From: Cyanobacteria bacterium P01_D01_bin.156
GTDB lineage: Bacteria > Cyanobacteriota > Cyanobacteriia > Phormidesmidales > Phormidesmidaceae
Direction: 5' to 3'
Assembly (NCBI GenBank): GCA_039024555.1
Contig: JBCCQQ010000007.1
Span: 32,001 to 96,000 of the forward strand
Length of the DNA stretch: 64,000 bases
Both the position numbers and the translations under genes were made by a program. Position 1 is the stretch's first letter. Each line of letters starts with the position of its first letter. Positions 61,143 to 64,000 of this stretch are shown here, piece by piece. The notes below the pieces were generated by a model that was not told the origin of the DNA, made no database searches, and saw only the letters and a program-made list of their open reading frames with translations.

Positions 61143-61640
61143 CTATGCAGGTGAAAGAAATAGAGTAAGCGAACGTCTATCAAAGGATTGCACCTTGCCC
61201 GCACTTTCTAGATCAGTAATCACTCTATTCAATAGGTCAGTGGCGCGATCTCGATGTTGATGCTCCCGACCCCGCAAACGTACAAGAAACTTAACAGAAT
61301 CACCTTTGTTAAGCCACTCAGTTGCACGCTTTACCCGCAGTAAGTAATCCGATTCGCCGATATTGGGGCGAAACTTTACTTCTTTGACGGATGGACGGGA
61401 CGTTTGCTTCTGACGCTTACTTTGCTGGTACTGTAGCTTACCGTGGTCCATCGACTTAGCGACCGGAGCCACACCCTCGCGTGGTTGTGAAACCACCACC
61501 AGGTCTAGGTTTTGCTCTTTGGCCATTTTGATGGCATCGGCTGTATCGATGACGCCATGATTGTGACCGGTATGATCAATAAATAAAACTTGAGGATCCT
61601 TGATATGGCGATTGACTAGAGGCTTTTTCTTCTTAGTGAT
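61143..61640 (-). CDS. infC: Translation initiation factor IF-3, probable non-canonical ATC start
   Basis: N..I..P.V..ID, LDLV.V, PVAK..D.GK..Y, VKEVKFRPNI...DY, L.KGD.VK and RGRE. No in-frame ATG near the N-terminus. Confidence 0.9.
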   Translation of the reverse strand: MTKKKKPLVNRHIKDPQVLFIDHTGHNHGVIDTADAIKMAKEQNLDLVVVSQPREGVAPVAKSMDHGKLQYQQSKRQKQTSRPSVKEVKFRPNIGESDYLLRVKRATEWLNKGDSVKFLVRLRGREHQHRDRATDLLNRVITDLESAGKVQSFDRRSLTLFLSPA

Positions 61641-61715
61641 AGGACTAGACTCCAATACTTACAACTTATATTTTCTAAGATAGACTAACTTCTAAAAACT
61701 GGAAGGTCCATCTTT

Positions 61716-61731
61716 AGACGGATATCCGTCT
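61716..61731. promoter_or_regulatory. Perfect 16-bp palindrome, candidate repressor operator
   Basis: AGACGGATATCCGTCT in the divergent infC/nitroreductase intergenic region. Confidence 0.45.
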
Positions 61732-61814
61732 TGAATCTTTACTTAGGTATCACAATTGTGTGTTGAATCCAGCCCATACCTGCTATAACAGCCATTGTTG
61801 ATTCAATATTTTCC

Positions 61815-62462
61815 ATGGCTGTTCCCAATTTTTCTAGTGAATCCGTCCTTGAAGTACTTAACTGGCGCTATGCCACCAAGATGTTTGATGCTAGTAAAAA
61901 AATTCCTGCTGATATCTGGTCTGCCCTAGAGCAAAGTTTGGTCCTAGCCCCCTCTTCATTTGGTTTAGAACCTTGGAAATTTTTTGTTGTTGATGATCCG
62001 ACGGTTCGTCAAGCACTTCTAGAGCCTACCTGGAAACAGTCACAGGTGGTAGATGCGTCCCATTTGGTGGTCTTGGCTATAAAAAAAGACTTAGATGAAA
62101 CTGATGTGGACCGTTCCATGGCACGTACATCAGAGGTGCGTGATGTGCCACTAGAGTCCCTGCAAGGCTTTAGCAATGTGATTAAGGGCTTTATGAAAAA
62201 TGTGCCAGATACAGATAGCTGGGCTACTAAGCAAACTTATATTGCTTTAGGGCAGCTGATGGTCAGTGCAGCATTGATGGGCATTGATACCTGCGCCATT
62301 GAAGGGTTTATGCCTGATAAATATGACGAAATTTTAGGGTTGCCTGCCATGGGCTATCACGCTGTAGTGGTTTGTGCGTTGGGGTATCGGGCAGAAGGTG
62401 ATAAGTATGCAACCTTACCTAAGGTACGTTTTCCCATTGAGGATAAGGTGCAACATATCTAG
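61815..62462 (+). CDS. NAD(P)H-dependent nitroreductase (NfsB-like)
   Basis: WRYATK.FD, LAPSSFGL.PWKF, QV.DASH, WA.KQ.YIALG, GIDTC.IEGF and K.R. Confidence 0.93.
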   Translation: MAVPNFSSESVLEVLNWRYATKMFDASKKIPADIWSALEQSLVLAPSSFGLEPWKFFVVDDPTVRQALLEPTWKQSQVVDASHLVVLAIKKDLDETDVDRSMARTSEVRDVPLESLQGFSNVIKGFMKNVPDTDSWATKQTYIALGQLMVSAALMGIDTCAIEGFMPDKYDEILGLPAMGYHAVVVCALGYRAEGDKYATLPKVRFPIEDKVQHI

Positions 62463-62547
62463 GGAGTTAGATACCCTATTCCAAATCTTCCAGCTCTCAG
62501 TGCCGATGATATTACATCTCAAGCAGTCAGTATTGAGGGCTGGTGAC

Positions 62548-63270
62548 TCAAAATAACTCCATTTGGCCCGGTGTCGTTTTTGCAGCTGTGCCTACTAAGG
62601 GCATCGGCCCTCGATTGGAAGCTAACCGATCGGCTAGTCGTGTCGTTTCAGGAAGACGATATTTGGGCGTACATTGCAGCACATAGTCAACGGCTGTTTC
62701 TAAACTAATGCGATGCCCTGGGGACACAAAAAGTGGTTTGGTTCCTGCACGACTTCTAAGCACAGCACCGATACGTTCCCCACGATCTATCAACGGTACC
62801 CAGGCTCCTTTAGAATCAGGTAAATCCCCATAGGTGCCGATCAATCGAGACTTGGCGACGCCTACCGTAGGTTTATCAATGAGCACGCCCAGATGGCTAG
62901 CAATCCCTAATCGTCGGGGATGGGCGATGCCAGCACCATCGCAAATAATTAAATCTGGCTCTATGGTCAGCTTAGCTAGGGCATCGAGAACCGTTGGCAT
63001 TTCTCTGAAAGAGAGTAGGCTGGGTACGTAGGGAAACGTGGTGGGCCGACGGGCAATGGCCTGTTCCAGCAAGGTTAGGTCCGGTAGCTGTAGCATAACG
63101 ACAGCGGCCCGAACAATCGTACCATCTTGCTCAAATCCTGCATCTACGCCTGCGACGGTGGTAATTTTTTCAAATTGATTGGTGGTAATAACCTGAGTTC
63201 GCAAGCGGTTTTGGAGTGCGATCGCAGCTTCTGTATCCGATGGCCAAGTATTCGGTATATCAATTTTCAT
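62548..63270 (-). CDS. nfi: Endonuclease V (deoxyinosine 3'-endonuclease)
   Basis: VAGVD, FPYVP.LLSFRE, DG.GIAHPRRLGIASH, GVAKSRL, FVSPGH and YRLPETTR.AD. Confidence 0.96.
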   Translation of the reverse strand: MKIDIPNTWPSDTEAAIALQNRLRTQVITTNQFEKITTVAGVDAGFEQDGTIVRAAVVMLQLPDLTLLEQAIARRPTTFPYVPSLLSFREMPTVLDALAKLTIEPDLIICDGAGIAHPRRLGIASHLGVLIDKPTVGVAKSRLIGTYGDLPDSKGAWVPLIDRGERIGAVLRSRAGTKPLFVSPGHRISLETAVDYVLQCTPKYRLPETTRLADRLASNRGPMPLVGTAAKTTPGQMELF

Positions 63271-63452
63271 TATTGTATAAACCCAATTGGGTATGCTTCG
63301 ATAGCACCAACCATGCTGTTGCTGGTTATAGCAAACTGCGTGTTCTGCAGTTTGTACCGCACATAGTTGCTTTAACTTTAAGGGTTCTAGCCATCATCAT
63401 TGGGATGAGCTGTGTGCAAAGCGATAAAAACTATTGGATTCATCACGGGACT

Positions 63453-64000
63453 ATGGTGTATCTTTCAGCGCGTATTCGTCTACTCACCCAAAAGGTAGCT
63501 CTGCCGTTGATGGGTAGCATTCTTTTGATAGGCAGTTTGCCTGCTGAGCAGTCTAGGGCGGCAAATGAGCTTACTATCAATGCACCTCTGGACGAAGAAA
63601 TTCTGCCACAGTCGGAGTCTCCAACATCGATTATGCAAGCTACTCTTGATCTTCTTGAGAGCCAGCGTTTTCTAATAGTTCAAGGACTATTTGCGGCAGC
63701 GGCGGGGCTTACGTCATTGGCATTTGTGTATGGCGTGCGTAGCTACAGTAGACAGCACAAACGACAGCGACTTGAACTCCTCCGGAATATTATTCACGAG
63801 TTTGAAAGCGATCCTGATATTTCTCAAGCTTTGAAGGTTTTAGACTTTGAGGAATATCGGTCATATCACGATAATGGCGACCATGGTATTACCAAGGAAA
63901 TAACCACATTTCGTGTCACAGATAGTTTGCTCACCTATGCCCTTGCGGATGACGAATATCGACAATACCAACGGGCATTACTGGAAAAAATGTCTCCAGA
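63453..64000 (+). CDS. Hypothetical membrane protein, 3'-truncated by the window edge (absent from the ORF track)
   Basis: Open frame from ATG 63453 (MVYLSARIRLLTQKVALPLMGSILLIG...) to the window end, with a signal-like segment and one TM helix. Confidence 0.7.
   Translation, partial: MVYLSARIRLLTQKVALPLMGSILLIGSLPAEQSRAANELTINAPLDEEILPQSESPTSIMQATLDLLESQRFLIVQGLFAAAAGLTSLAFVYGVRSYSRQHKRQRLELLRNIIHEFESDPDISQALKVLDFEEYRSYHDNGDHGITKEITTFRVTDSLLTYALADDEYRQYQRALLEKMSP

Overview
A 64-kb cyanobacterial chromosomal segment, judged from psb28, ndhB, ycf66, cyanobacteriochrome (CBCR)-type GAF domains and about 20 HIP1 octamers (GCGATCGC) counted by eye. It most resembles a filamentous Leptolyngbya-like organism, which is an inference. 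Positions 1.2-10.6 kb hold a complete chemotaxis-like (Tax/Pix/Ptx-type) operon: PatA-type regulator, CheY, CheW, a 4-GAF MCP, hybrid CheA and a second CheW. The MCP carries a recent 546-bp internal tandem duplication of a DXCF-type CBCR domain. Positions 10.6-35 kb are accessory: murein endopeptidase, alpha-amylase, Ser/Thr kinase-WD40, a stand-alone CBCR GAF, a pseudo-adenylate-kinase/thioredoxin fusion, TPR-CHAT, SGNH/GDSL proteins, RraA, GNAT, a MacAB-like exporter and a PAS kinase. Positions 35-64 kb are mostly core genes (exbB/exbD/exbD, moaB, psb28, topA, ndhB, pyrD, dapB, ycf66, infC, nfi). The best candidates for something undescribed are (1) a 48-aa double-glycine-leader precursor with an Arg-rich core at 39013-39159, missed by the ORF track; (2) the catalytically degenerate adenylate kinase fused to an intact thioredoxin; and (3) a light-signalling set made of the duplicated DXCF/Cys-Leu CBCR domains, an output-less CBCR and an orphan PatA paralog lacking its phospho-acceptor Asp. 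No rRNA, tRNA, CRISPR array or intact transposase was recognised. All assignments come from motif recognition by eye; no searches were run.
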